From an uncultured Acidimicrobiales bacterium (GTDB lineage Bacteria; Actinomycetota; Acidimicrobiia; Acidimicrobiales; SZUA-35), in NCBI GenBank assembly GCA_937922045.1, contig CAKZXA010000010.1:35325-99324 (forward strand): a stretch of DNA of 64,000 bases. Direction: 5' to 3'. The notes beneath the pieces are model-generated. The model ran no database searches and was not told the DNA's origin. It worked only from the letters and a program-made list of their open reading frames with translations. The position numbers and the translations under genes were made by a program. This document shows positions 1 to 8,551 of this stretch, in pieces; position 1 is the stretch's first letter, and each line of letters starts with the position of its first letter.

Positions 1-1
1 C

Positions 2-520
2 ATGGTCATAACCGGGCTGGTCACCATTCTGGCCTGTCTCGCCCTTGTCACGAAGAACATGCGCTCCCTGGTGGCCGACCGAGTGGAGCGATCGGTCAAC
101 GCCATGTTGAGCAAGGGCGGCGGGTTCGTTGCCCTACTCCTTGGTCTCGTCATCACCATTGCGGTGCAGTCGTCGAGTATCACGACGTCGATTCTTATCC
201 CGCTAGCTGGAGCGGGAGTAATCAGCTTGCGCAACGCCTACCCGGTCACGCTTGGCGCCAACGTCGGCACGACGATCACGGCGCTCCTGGCTTCGCTCGC
301 TGCTTCAAGCCCCGAAGCGCTCACCGTCGCCCTGGCCCACACAACCTTCAATGTGTTCGGAATCGCTCTCCTCTACGTTGTGCCGCTGGCCAGAGATTGG
401 CCTGTGATCGCCTCAGAGCGGCTGGCCGATGTAGCCGTCGAGCGACGTACCACCGCAGTGGCCTATGTCGCTGTTGTGTTCATCGTGGTACCACTCCTCG
501 GCGTGGTGCTTCTCGGCTAG
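2..520 (+). CDS. Na+/phosphate cotransporter (PNaS/NptA family), 5'-truncated by window edge
   Basis: Signature VQSSSITTS and LGANVGTT motifs; hydrophobic; followed by a PhoU-domain gene. Confidence 0.9.
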   Translation: MVITGLVTILACLALVTKNMRSLVADRVERSVNAMLSKGGGFVALLLGLVITIAVQSSSITTSILIPLAGAGVISLRNAYPVTLGANVGTTITALLASLAASSPEALTVALAHTTFNVFGIALLYVVPLARDWPVIASERLADVAVERRTTAVAYVAVVFIVVPLLGVVLLG

Positions 521-541
521 CGGTCAACGAAAGGAAGTCCT

Positions 542-1225
542 GTGGTTCTCGCATTTTTCAAAGGAAATTCCGGTGAGGGGAACTTCGCTCACATCGTGGC
601 CAGGTCGGTTGCGATGCTGGGCGATGCGCGCCATTCGTTTGACCTGGCATCTCTTGCCTTGCTCTCCGGCGCCGACGCCTCCAACGTGGCTGAGGATGTG
701 TGGGCAACCGACGCCCGGATCAACCAGGCCGAACAAGAGCTGCGAAGCGAACTCGTCGTACATGTCGCCGTGCAAGGCTCGGCCGACATCGGCTCGGTGC
801 TCGGGTTCACCTTGCTGCTCAAGAAGATCGAACGAATCGGTGATCAAGCCAAGAACATCCTGGAACTGGCCGAACATGGCGTGTCGTTCGCCGACAGTCC
901 CGAGAACGAGCAGTTGTCGGCAGAACGCCAACAACTGTCGGGCTACTTCGCCGAAGCAGGCGACCTGCTCAGCATGCCCAACCCCGACATTGATTCGATT
1001 GATGAGTACGCCACACGAGTAAACGTTTCGGTCGCCTACTTCCAGTCGAAGATCGACGAGTTCATGAGTTCTGAGCGGCCGGGCTTCGAGGTCGTACCGC
1101 TGGCGATCTACTACCGCTTCCTGAGGCGCATCGCCGCCAACCTCGTCGGCGTCGTTCGCACCTCGGTCGACCCCGTCCCCCATTTGGATTATCTCGACGA
1201 CGGTGCCACCGACACCGACGACTAG
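542..1225 (+). CDS. PhoU-domain protein
   Basis: Helical repeat with KKIERIGDQAKNI motif; AAGGAAG SD; adjacent to Na/Pi transporter. Confidence 0.8.
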   Translation: MVLAFFKGNSGEGNFAHIVARSVAMLGDARHSFDLASLALLSGADASNVAEDVWATDARINQAEQELRSELVVHVAVQGSADIGSVLGFTLLLKKIERIGDQAKNILELAEHGVSFADSPENEQLSAERQQLSGYFAEAGDLLSMPNPDIDSIDEYATRVNVSVAYFQSKIDEFMSSERPGFEVVPLAIYYRFLRRIAANLVGVVRTSVDPVPHLDYLDDGATDTDD

Positions 1226-1244
1226 CCAACGCAGCTGATGAACG

Positions 1245-1805
1245 TTAGGAGCTGGACTCGTCTGGGTGCCGATGGTCATCTATGTACTGATGGACGGCGG
1301 TGTTTGACTCACCCTTGAGGCCGAGCGCCTTACGCAGCTTCACGAGTGCGCGGAGGTCGTCACCTTCGATAGACAAGGTGCGAACCACCTCGCCGGTCGT
1401 GTGTATCTCCACATCTGTTACTTCGGCTCTGAGATCGCCAAGCGTGAATCGACGGCGCCGTTTCGTGACCTGCACGGCGCGGGCGCCGTCGTGATCGTCG
1501 AGGCCTTTTAGGGCGTCGGTCAAGCTGAAGCTTTTCTTGCTGTGGAGACGATCAAGCTTGAGCGCTTCGTAGATCGACTCCAGCGGAGCTGGTACCGAAT
1601 CCGCACTTCGGTGGGTTTGCGATGTCCACGCCTCAAACCCTTTGTCTTCCGAGACGAGCTCCTTGGTCTTGAGCTTGTTGTCACGGATCTTGGCGTTGTA
1701 GTCAAGGTCGTCAACGATCAGGTAGCAGTCGTCGACTTCTTCGCGGGTCTCCGAGTCGGCGAGTTCGCGAATCATGTCGCGAGCCTTGGGGAATTTTCCC
1801 CACAC
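1245..1805 (-). CDS. Hypothetical protein, CYTH/triphosphate-tunnel-like
   Basis: D.Y ... KIRD.KLK.K ... V.KRRRRF ... EVT.V ... SIE pattern resembles the CYTH fold; phosphate-gene context; start uncertain. Confidence 0.5.
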   Translation of the reverse strand: MWGKFPKARDMIRELADSETREEVDDCYLIVDDLDYNAKIRDNKLKTKELVSEDKGFEAWTSQTHRSADSVPAPLESIYEALKLDRLHSKKSFSLTDALKGLDDHDGARAVQVTKRRRRFTLGDLRAEVTDVEIHTTGEVVRTLSIEGDDLRALVKLRKALGLKGESNTAVHQYIDDHRHPDESSS

Positions 1806-1971
1806 GCGGTATTCGTATCGTGCCGGTCGGGGCTGTTTTGAACGTGAGCCGATTCATACAGCATCTCACAGAACGTCTGTTTCGTCCTCACGGGACCGTT
1901 GCGACCCTGGTCGATCACGCCGGCGATAGCCGAGATGACAGGCCACCAACTATCGGCTACCAAAGAGGATC

Positions 1972-2046
1972 GTGACTACCTTTCTTCATGATCTGACCGA
2001 CCAGCTCAGCAGCGGTTGGGCCTCGCACGCCGGCAGCCGGCGATGA
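1972..2046 (+). CDS. 24-aa upstream ORF (VTTFLHDLTDQLSSGWASHAGSRR) coupled to the LLM gene
   Basis: AGAGGA SD before GTG 1972; its TGA overlaps ATG 2043 (ATGA). Confidence 0.35.
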   Translation: MTTFLHDLTDQLSSGWASHAGSRR

Positions 2047-3077
2047 CCTTGCGTGTCGGGGTTACGCCCCCAGGGATGGACCGAGCATCGCTCAACTATG
2101 TGCGAGATGCCGAACGGCTCGGCGCCGATTCTGTCTGGGTGCCAGAGGCGTGGATGTACGATGCCCTCACGCCGCTTGGGTATCTCGCCGCCATCACCGA
2201 CACGATCCGTCTCGCGACCGGAGCCGTACAGCTCGGAGCCCGTTCGCCAGCCTTGCTGGCGATGTCGGCGCTGGCCATGCAGGAAATGTCGGAAGGCCGG
2301 TTCATCCTGGGCGTTGGCACCAGCGGGCCCCAGGTCATGGAGGGGTGGCATGGTGTCCGTTTTGATCGGCCTATCAACCGCACCAGGGAAACGATCGACA
2401 TCATCCGCACTATCGCCTCCGGGGAGCGGCTCAACTACGAGGGCACGTCTTACACTCTTCCGCTCCCCGAGAGCCAGGGCCGGGCCTTGCGTTCCCCGGT
2501 CGCTGGTGCCGACATCCCGATCTACATCGCCTCGATGGGCCCGGCCAATCTCCGTCTCACCGGGGCCGTGTCCAATGGCTGGATCGGGACAGCCTTCATG
2601 CCCGAATCGGCCGAGGTGTTTCTCGATCCGATGCGCGAGGGAGCGGAGGCGGCTGGTCGAAGCGTGGACGAGATCGAACTCACGGTGGCCGCCGGTCTCG
2701 ATTTCACCGACGACATCGAGACGGCCGGCCGCCGTCACGCCGCCGGCTACGCCTTCACCATCGGCGCCATGGGCTCGACCTCCACCAATTTCTACAACCA
2801 GGTCTTTGGGCGTCAGGGATTCGCCGACGAGATCGCCGAGGTTCAGCGTCTCTGGCAGGCCGGCGACCGAGACGCTGCTGGCGCTGCGGTCCCCCTCGAA
2901 ATCGGACTCCACACCAACCTTGTCGGTGACGACACGGCCATCACCGAACGTTTACGCCGCTACCGCGCCTGTGGCATCGACACCCTCCGCGTCGGTATTG
3001 ACGGCGATGACATCGGCGGCCGGCTCGACGACCTGGCTCGGCTGCTCGACCTCGTGGCCGCCGTCAACGCTGAGTGA
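2043..3077 (+). CDS. LLM-class flavin/F420-dependent oxidoreductase
   Basis: AERLGADSVWVPEAW, GRFILGVGTSGPQVMEGWHG, PIYIASMGP motifs. Confidence 0.9.
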   Translation: MTLRVGVTPPGMDRASLNYVRDAERLGADSVWVPEAWMYDALTPLGYLAAITDTIRLATGAVQLGARSPALLAMSALAMQEMSEGRFILGVGTSGPQVMEGWHGVRFDRPINRTRETIDIIRTIASGERLNYEGTSYTLPLPESQGRALRSPVAGADIPIYIASMGPANLRLTGAVSNGWIGTAFMPESAEVFLDPMREGAEAAGRSVDEIELTVAAGLDFTDDIETAGRRHAAGYAFTIGAMGSTSTNFYNQVFGRQGFADEIAEVQRLWQAGDRDAAGAAVPLEIGLHTNLVGDDTAITERLRRYRACGIDTLRVGIDGDDIGGRLDDLARLLDLVAAVNAE

Positions 3078-3092
3078 AGGTCAGCTCGATCT

Positions 3093-3575
3093 TCAGCCCC
3101 AGACATCGTCGGCGATGGTCACGACGTGGGCGAGCTTGGCCCATTGCTCATCCTCGGTCATCACGTTGCCGTGAATCGTCGACGAGAACCCGCACTGAGG
3201 ACTAAGGCGGAGCTGGTCGAGCGGCACATAGCTCGCCGCCCGGTCGATCCGGGCCTTGACCTCGTCGGCCGTTTCGAGTTCAGGAAACTTCGACGTGATC
3301 AGCCCGAGCACCACCGTCTTGTCGCTGGGCACATGGCGCAGCGGTGCGAAATCGCCGGATCGTTCGTCGTCGTATTCGAGGAAGAAGGCGTCGACCTCAA
3401 GCTCGTTAAAGAGCACCTCCGACACGGGCTCGTAGCCTCCGCTCGCGAAGTAGGTGCTCTTGAAGTTGCCGCGGCAGAGATGGATGCCAACGGTGAGATC
3501 ATCGGGCCTTCCGGTCAGGGCGGCGTTGATGAGCGCTGCGTAGGTGCGGGGCAATTCGTCGGGGTTCTTGTTTCG
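3093..3575 (-). pseudogene. C-terminal fragment of cobalamin-independent methionine synthase II family (MetE catalytic domain)
   Basis: HLCRGNF, FFLEYDDERSGDF, LSPQCGFSS Zn-site motifs intact; N-terminal half replaced by the TetR gene end; no own start; boundary approximate. Confidence 0.75.
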
Positions 3576-4159
3576 TCCGGCCAGATCGAATCGATCTGAT
3601 CGAGGGCATCGACGGTGAGTTGGCGTAGGTCGGCTTCGGGTTGCCCGGCCGCCCAGAGCCCGACCAGAGCCGTGGTTACACCCACGAGGGTTCCGGCCAC
3701 GACGGCGGCGGCGAAGTGGCCATCTGGCCGGTGGGCGAGATCGGCGTGCACGATCGCTCCGTAGCGCAGCATCCAATGTTCTTGGAAGCGTCCGAGGCGG
3801 CTGCGGAGAAACTCGTTTTCTTGGGCGAGCTGCCAGGCGGGGAGGACCTGGTCGCCTGCTTCCTGAATCGATTCGCTGACGCCGATGACGGCTCGACGCA
3901 GGAATGAGCGCGTCGACTCGTCGGCTTGTCGTTCCGTCGCTAGCTCATCAAAATGCTCGAGCCAGATGAGGCCGTGCACGAAGACGAGATCTTCTTTTAG
4001 AGGAAAGTGCCGGTAGGCGGTTCGCCGCGACACGCCAGCAGCCTCAGCAACCGCCTCGACCGTGGTGGCGTCGTAGCCGTTCTCGATGAAAAGGGCGGTG
4101 GCGGCCGCCGCAATTTCGTTTCGTGTTTGACGGCGACGCCGCTCGTTTAGTGACTCCAC
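3515..4159 (-). CDS. TetR/AcrR family transcriptional regulator
   Basis: HTH LFIENGYDATTVEAVAEAAGVSRRTAYRHFPLKEDL; GTG 4159 chosen as start; tail runs into the metE fragment. Confidence 0.9.
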   Translation of the reverse strand: MESLNERRRRQTRNEIAAAATALFIENGYDATTVEAVAEAAGVSRRTAYRHFPLKEDLVFVHGLIWLEHFDELATERQADESTRSFLRRAVIGVSESIQEAGDQVLPAWQLAQENEFLRSRLGRFQEHWMLRYGAIVHADLAHRPDGHFAAAVVAGTLVGVTTALVGLWAAGQPEADLRQLTVDALDQIDSIWPDETRTPTNCPAPTQRSSTPP

Positions 4160-4218
4160 TGCCCGGTATCTATTCGTTCCACAATCAACCACGCTATCTC
4201 CGACACAAGACCGCTCAG

Positions 4219-4253
4219 GTGGCATTTTATGTCACTGTGGCACAACGTGCCAG
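4219..4253. promoter_or_regulatory. Tandem palindromic operator (TGGCA-N5-TGYCA x2), probable TetR site
   Basis: GTGGCAtttatTGTCAC-type site at 4219-4235 and GTGGCAcaacgTGCCAG at 4237-4253, 18-bp period, between divergent genes, just upstream of TACCAT -10 at 4261. Confidence 0.65.
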
Positions 4254-4273
4254 TCGTTGCTACCATCGAATGT

Positions 4274-4681
4274 ATGACCACAGCACAACAGATCCTGATC
4301 GGGTATGCCACGATCGCACTCTCGGCCGGCTTCCTGCTCGGTGTAATCCTCGGAGCGGTTCGGTCTAAACAGTCATCGGCACGGAACCTGGCAACCGCTC
4401 ACGTCGAGACGCTCCTGCAAGGCGCTGTGCTTCTCGGTGTAGCTTTCGCCCTCGGCCTCACTGACTTTGATGGCAGGCTAGCGACATGGGGAGCGACGCT
4501 ACTGGCGATCGGTTCTGCGATGCAGGCGGTTGGGGTCACCCTCAACTGGATCACCGGAACCGTCGACCAGTTCGCTGAACGCTCACCCGGCTTCTTGCTC
4601 AATAGCGCGAGCACATTCGCTGCCGTTCCCGGTTTGGCCATCCTGGCCTACGGAATCCTTAGCGCCGTGATCAGCCAGTGA
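4274..4681 (+). CDS. Small 4-TM membrane protein, styrene-oxide-isomerase (StyC)-like
   Basis: Four hydrophobic segments; AHVETLLQGAVLL resembles the AHLEGxxNG heme-ligand motif. Confidence 0.5.
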   Translation: MTTAQQILIGYATIALSAGFLLGVILGAVRSKQSSARNLATAHVETLLQGAVLLGVAFALGLTDFDGRLATWGATLLAIGSAMQAVGVTLNWITGTVDQFAERSPGFLLNSASTFAAVPGLAILAYGILSAVISQ

Positions 4682-5906
4682 TCAGCTGGTAGCTGCTGTT
4701 CATGATGAGATCGGCCGCATCCTGGCCCAAAGCGTCAGAGCACTTCACCCCGGCCCCGTTGCCAGCGACGACGACGAAGACTCCGTCGTCAACCTGCTCG
4801 ATCAGGGGGTAGCGGTCGGGCGAGTAGGTGATGATGCATGGCCGAGTCGTGAACGAGGTGAAGTTGAGGCCAGGCCATAGCGTTTGGAGCGCCGGACGGT
4901 AGAGCGGTAGATACTCGGTGTCGGGTTCGGACTCGAACCAGGATTGAATGTCGCCTAGAGCCTGGGGGCCGTCTCCGAAGGATCGATCACGATTGGTATT
5001 GGCCCCCATCTTCACGTACCAACGACCGTCCGGATACTGGAGAGGGCCAACCATATAGATGCCCTCAAGATCAGGGCTATCAACCAGGTATTTAACGGTT
5101 GGTGCTGTGGCCAGACGGACAGCGTCTCGCTCCGATACCTCGCCCAGGATGATCACCTCGGACTTCAGCTCCACCTCGACGGGCTGGCGGAGCAAGCCGT
5201 TGACGTTGGAGAAGGCACCAGCGGCGACCACCAGACGATCGGCCTCAACGACTCGGCCTGACGTCGTCTGCACTCGCCATCCGCCCCCGCTGATCTGGGT
5301 AGTGTCCACGGCAGTGCCGGTCACGAGCTGTGCTCCGTGGTCAGCTGCGACCTTGTTTTGGGCTGCGATCATGGCCAGGGGATCGACATGACCCGCCGGT
5401 GATGGCTCATACGCGACGTAGTGTGTCGCCGGAAAGTTGAGGTCGGGCCATCGTTCGCGCCAACCCTGGTCTCCTGGCGCGAAGTAGGTGTAGGCGACCC
5501 CGGTCGAATCCATGACGAGACGAGGGTCGGGGCTATGAGCGTCACCACCGATGGGCGCGCTGATAAGGCACCCGACGGGGGAATGGAAGGCGATCCCGGA
5601 CGCGTCTTCCAAGGCCTTGTAGTTAGCGACGGCCCTGGCCGTTGTCGCCGCCCATCGTTCATCGCGATCTTGCAACCTGGTCAAACGGGCCCGGTCGTTG
5701 TGCGATGAGTAGACGCGGCTGGGATCGCCATGTTCGACTACATGGTCGATAGTGCGATCGTCGACCGGCGCTGCGATTGAGGTTACGGCCAGGCCGCCCT
5801 CGGCCAGATGGCGAGAGGTTGCTGCGCCGAGGGGCCCGTTTCCGACGACGACGACATCGCTGCGCGTCGATTGCTTTTCTCGGCCACCGTTAGCGTTCCG
5901 CTCCAT
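4671..5906 (-). CDS. FAD-dependent oxidoreductase (DAO/sarcosine oxidase-like)
   Basis: VVVVGNGPLG Rossmann motif, VAAGAFS, C-terminal GNGAGVKCS. Confidence 0.85.
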   Translation of the reverse strand: MERNANGGREKQSTRSDVVVVGNGPLGAATSRHLAEGGLAVTSIAAPVDDRTIDHVVEHGDPSRVYSSHNDRARLTRLQDRDERWAATTARAVANYKALEDASGIAFHSPVGCLISAPIGGDAHSPDPRLVMDSTGVAYTYFAPGDQGWRERWPDLNFPATHYVAYEPSPAGHVDPLAMIAAQNKVAADHGAQLVTGTAVDTTQISGGGWRVQTTSGRVVEADRLVVAAGAFSNVNGLLRQPVEVELKSEVIILGEVSERDAVRLATAPTVKYLVDSPDLEGIYMVGPLQYPDGRWYVKMGANTNRDRSFGDGPQALGDIQSWFESEPDTEYLPLYRPALQTLWPGLNFTSFTTRPCIITYSPDRYPLIEQVDDGVFVVVAGNGAGVKCSDALGQDAADLIMNSSYQLITG

Positions 5907-5915
5907 GGCGGCAGC

Positions 5916-6320
5916 CTAGTTGACGTTGTCGATTTCAAAGACAAGCCGCACCAGCTGTTCGACCCCCAGAACGCGAAGGCCAAACCTCGTGAACACTCCG
6001 AGACGCACGTCGGCAGGCCCCTGGTCAGCTCGGTCCACCAGATCGGCTCGAGCAACGTTGCGCAGCTGATTCTTCTGTTCGAAAGAGGTCGGGCCAGCGA
6101 CCATATTGAGGTACCAATCGGTGCTGGTCCCATAGGTCAGGGCGATGTAGGCGGTGTTGTGATTGGGCGACGACAGGAGCCGTAGTGGGGTTCGATATCG
6201 ACACCCGGTGCGTCGGCCGCGGTGGTGAAGATAGCCGAACCCAGGGAGGCGAATGAACACCGGACCCAGAGCTCTATTGAGATGTCTGACCTGTCGGGCA
6301 AGCCGACGTGAACGTGGCAT
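5916..6320 (-). CDS. Deazaflavin (F420)-dependent nitroreductase family protein
   Basis: HRGRRTG.RYRTPL and LTYG..TDWYLN motifs. Confidence 0.8.
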   Translation of the reverse strand: MPRSRRLARQVRHLNRALGPVFIRLPGFGYLHHRGRRTGCRYRTPLRLLSSPNHNTAYIALTYGTSTDWYLNMVAGPTSFEQKNQLRNVARADLVDRADQGPADVRLGVFTRFGLRVLGVEQLVRLVFEIDNVN

Positions 6321-6449
6321 CAATTTTCCTGCCTGCTTCTAGCCGGAAATCCTAGTCGTTAGTAGGCCCACCGACGGGCCAGCGCGGTAGTGTGAGTAGG
6401 TGGCTGGCGAAGGACCGATAACTCACGTAGCGGTAGTTGAGGAGAGGTA

Positions 6450-7781
6450 ATGGAGTTTTTTGCTGAGGTGCCGGATCGGGTGGCCTACGCAGGGCAGGAG
6501 GCCAAACGAGACGGCCTCGCCTACCGTGTCTACGACCCCAACCGCACCGTGGCCGGTAAACGCATGGCCGACCACCTGCGGATCGCTGTCTGCTACTGGC
6601 ATAGCTTCAACTGGCCGGGATCCGACATCTTCGGCGCAGGAACCTTCGATCGGCCCTGGCTGAGTCCCGACGCCGATCCCATGGTGGCAGCGAAGGCCAA
6701 GCAAGATGCTGCCTTCGAGTTCTTCGCCAAACTTGGTGTTCCTTACTTCTGTTTCCACGATGTCGACATGGCCCCCGAAGGTGCGACGCTCAAGGAGAGC
6801 AAGTCCAACCTCGACGAGATGGTTGATCGAGCCGCAGGCAAGATGGAGGAGACAGGCGTCGGCCTCCTCTGGGGAACGGCCAATCTGTTCTCCCATCCTC
6901 GCTACGCAGCGGGCGCTGCCACCAACCCCGACCCAGAGGTTTTCGCCCACGGCGCCGCCCAGGTCCGCCACGCCCTTGAGGCAACCCACCGCCTCGGCGG
7001 TCAGAACTATGTGTTGTGGGGCGGCCGAGAAGGCTACGAAACCCTCCTCAACACTCGTATGAAGCGCGAGGCCGATCAGCTGGCCCGCTTCCTCGAGCTC
7101 GTTGCGAACCACAAGCGTTCGATCGGGTTTACCGGCACCCTGCTCATCGAACCGAAACCGCAGGAGCCGACGAAGCACCAGTACGACTACGACTGCGCCA
7201 CCGTGCACGGCTTCCTCGACCGCTACGACCTGCTCGGCGACTACTTCGTCAATATCGAGGTCAACCACGCCACCTTGGCCGGCCACTCGTTCCACCACGA
7301 GGTGGCCTACGCCGTCGATCACGGCATCTTCGGCTCGGTCGACGCCAACCGCGGTGATCCGCAGAACGGCTGGGACACCGATCAGTTTCCGAACTCGGTC
7401 GACGAGTTGTCGCTGGCGATGTTTGAGATTCTGCGCTCGGGTGGCTTTACCACCGGCGGCTTCAACTTCGACACCAAGCTCCGACGTCAATCGCTCGACC
7501 GCCTCGACCTGTTCCATGGTCACGTCGGAGGTATCGACACCCTGGCCCAATCGTTGCTGGTGGCCGAGGCGCTGCTCTACGACGGCACCTTGGAAGCCAC
7601 ACGCGATGGTCGTTACGCCGGGTGGCGAGGCGATCTTGGCCGCAAGATCCTCAATCCCAATACCACCATGGCGGAGATCGCCGACGCGGCGGTTGCCTCC
7701 AACCTCGATCCCAAGCCGGTCTCCGGCCGCCAAGAGGCGTTGGAGAATCGCGTCAATGAGGTCATCTGGGAAACAACCTAG
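6450..7781 (+). CDS. xylA: Xylose isomerase (class II)
   Basis: [40 protein letters not shown]; GAGGAGAGG SD. Confidence 0.97.
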   Translation: MEFFAEVPDRVAYAGQEAKRDGLAYRVYDPNRTVAGKRMADHLRIAVCYWHSFNWPGSDIFGAGTFDRPWLSPDADPMVAAKAKQDAAFEFFAKLGVPYFCFHDVDMAPEGATLKESKSNLDEMVDRAAGKMEETGVGLLWGTANLFSHPRYAAGAATNPDPEVFAHGAAQVRHALEATHRLGGQNYVLWGGREGYETLLNTRMKREADQLARFLELVANHKRSIGFTGTLLIEPKPQEPTKHQYDYDCATVHGFLDRYDLLGDYFVNIEVNHATLAGHSFHHEVAYAVDHGIFGSVDANRGDPQNGWDTDQFPNSVDELSLAMFEILRSGGFTTGGFNFDTKLRRQSLDRLDLFHGHVGGIDTLAQSLLVAEALLYDGTLEATRDGRYAGWRGDLGRKILNPNTTMAEIADAAVASNLDPKPVSGRQEALENRVNEVIWETT

Positions 7782-7795
7782 GTGAGACCTAGGCC

Positions 7796-7837
7796 GTGAA
7801 CCCGAGGGAGTAGTAGTTCTAGCCAGTGAACCCGAGG
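7796..7837 (+). repeat. Intergenic direct repeat GTGAACCCGAGG x2 (30-bp period)
   Basis: Copies at 7796-7807 and 7826-7837; ACCTAGG around the xylA stop is also duplicated. Confidence 0.8.
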
Positions 7838-7852
7838 TAGTGGAGGTGGTCG

Positions 7853-8509
7853 ATGCTCGACCTTCGGCCAAGTTGCGAACACTGCGCATCCGACGTGCGG
7901 GCTGATGGGCCCGGAGCGTTTTGTTGCTCGTTCGAGTGCACCTTCTGTTCGTCATGCGCAGCCGACGTGTTCTCCTATGTCTGTCCCAATTGCACGGGTC
8001 CTCTCCTGCCCCGCCCATGGCGACCCGCGGAGCATCGAGAAAAGGCACCACCGTCAACCGATCGAGTGGAAAAGCCAGCCGACCTCAAGGCCCATCCCGC
8101 CAAGGTCGCCGCCGCCATTGCTCGTGATGGTCGCCCCGCCCACCTTTGGGAGATTGTCGTCGACTGCGGGAACCCACCAGCTCTCGCCACCTTCTACGGT
8201 GATCTGCTCGGTATTACCGCCACGACGCGGGGCGAAGGCTGGGCCTATGTCGAACCGGCGCCACGAGGCCCGCTCCAGGTTGTAGGGGGAGTGGGAGGGG
8301 TGCGCATCGCCTTCCAGAAGGTCCCCGAGCCACGCACAGGAAAGGTTCGGCTTCACCTCGATTTCGCCGCCGAGGATCTCGATGCCTTCGCTCGACGGGC
8401 GGTGGAGCTTGGCGGTCGACGGCTCGAAGACGTTCCCGATGACTCATCGGGGCCCTTCATCGTTTTGGCCGACCCCGAAGGCCACGAGTTCTGCGTGGTG
8501 ACCCCATGA
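7853..8509 (+). CDS. DUF1272 Cys-rich domain fused to VOC/glyoxalase domain
   Basis: N-term MLDLRPSCEHC...CSFECTFC..C...CPNC; C-term IAFQKVPE...RLHLD...LADPEGHEFC. Confidence 0.8.
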   Translation: MLDLRPSCEHCASDVRADGPGAFCCSFECTFCSSCAADVFSYVCPNCTGPLLPRPWRPAEHREKAPPSTDRVEKPADLKAHPAKVAAAIARDGRPAHLWEIVVDCGNPPALATFYGDLLGITATTRGEGWAYVEPAPRGPLQVVGGVGGVRIAFQKVPEPRTGKVRLHLDFAAEDLDAFARRAVELGGRRLEDVPDDSSGPFIVLADPEGHEFCVVTP

Positions 8510-8551
8510 CGGCAACCTCATGACGGCAACCTCATGACCGTAAACCGATGA
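8506..8551 (+). repeat. 14-nt ATGA tandem units encoding MTATS*, MTATS*, MTVNR*
   Basis: ATGA at 8506, 8520, 8534, 8548; first overlaps the upstream stop, last is the downstream start. Confidence 0.9.

Noticed and set aside
6423-8057. 544-aa antisense ORF over xylA, and similar long shadow ORFs over rho, atpA, atpD and the 958-aa gene
   Set aside because: Typical reverse-frame shadows of GC-rich coding sequence; no motifs; the opposite strand encodes recognisable proteins.
8506-8551. Short tandem repeats as a CRISPR array
   Set aside because: 14-nt head-to-tail units with no spacers and no cas genes.
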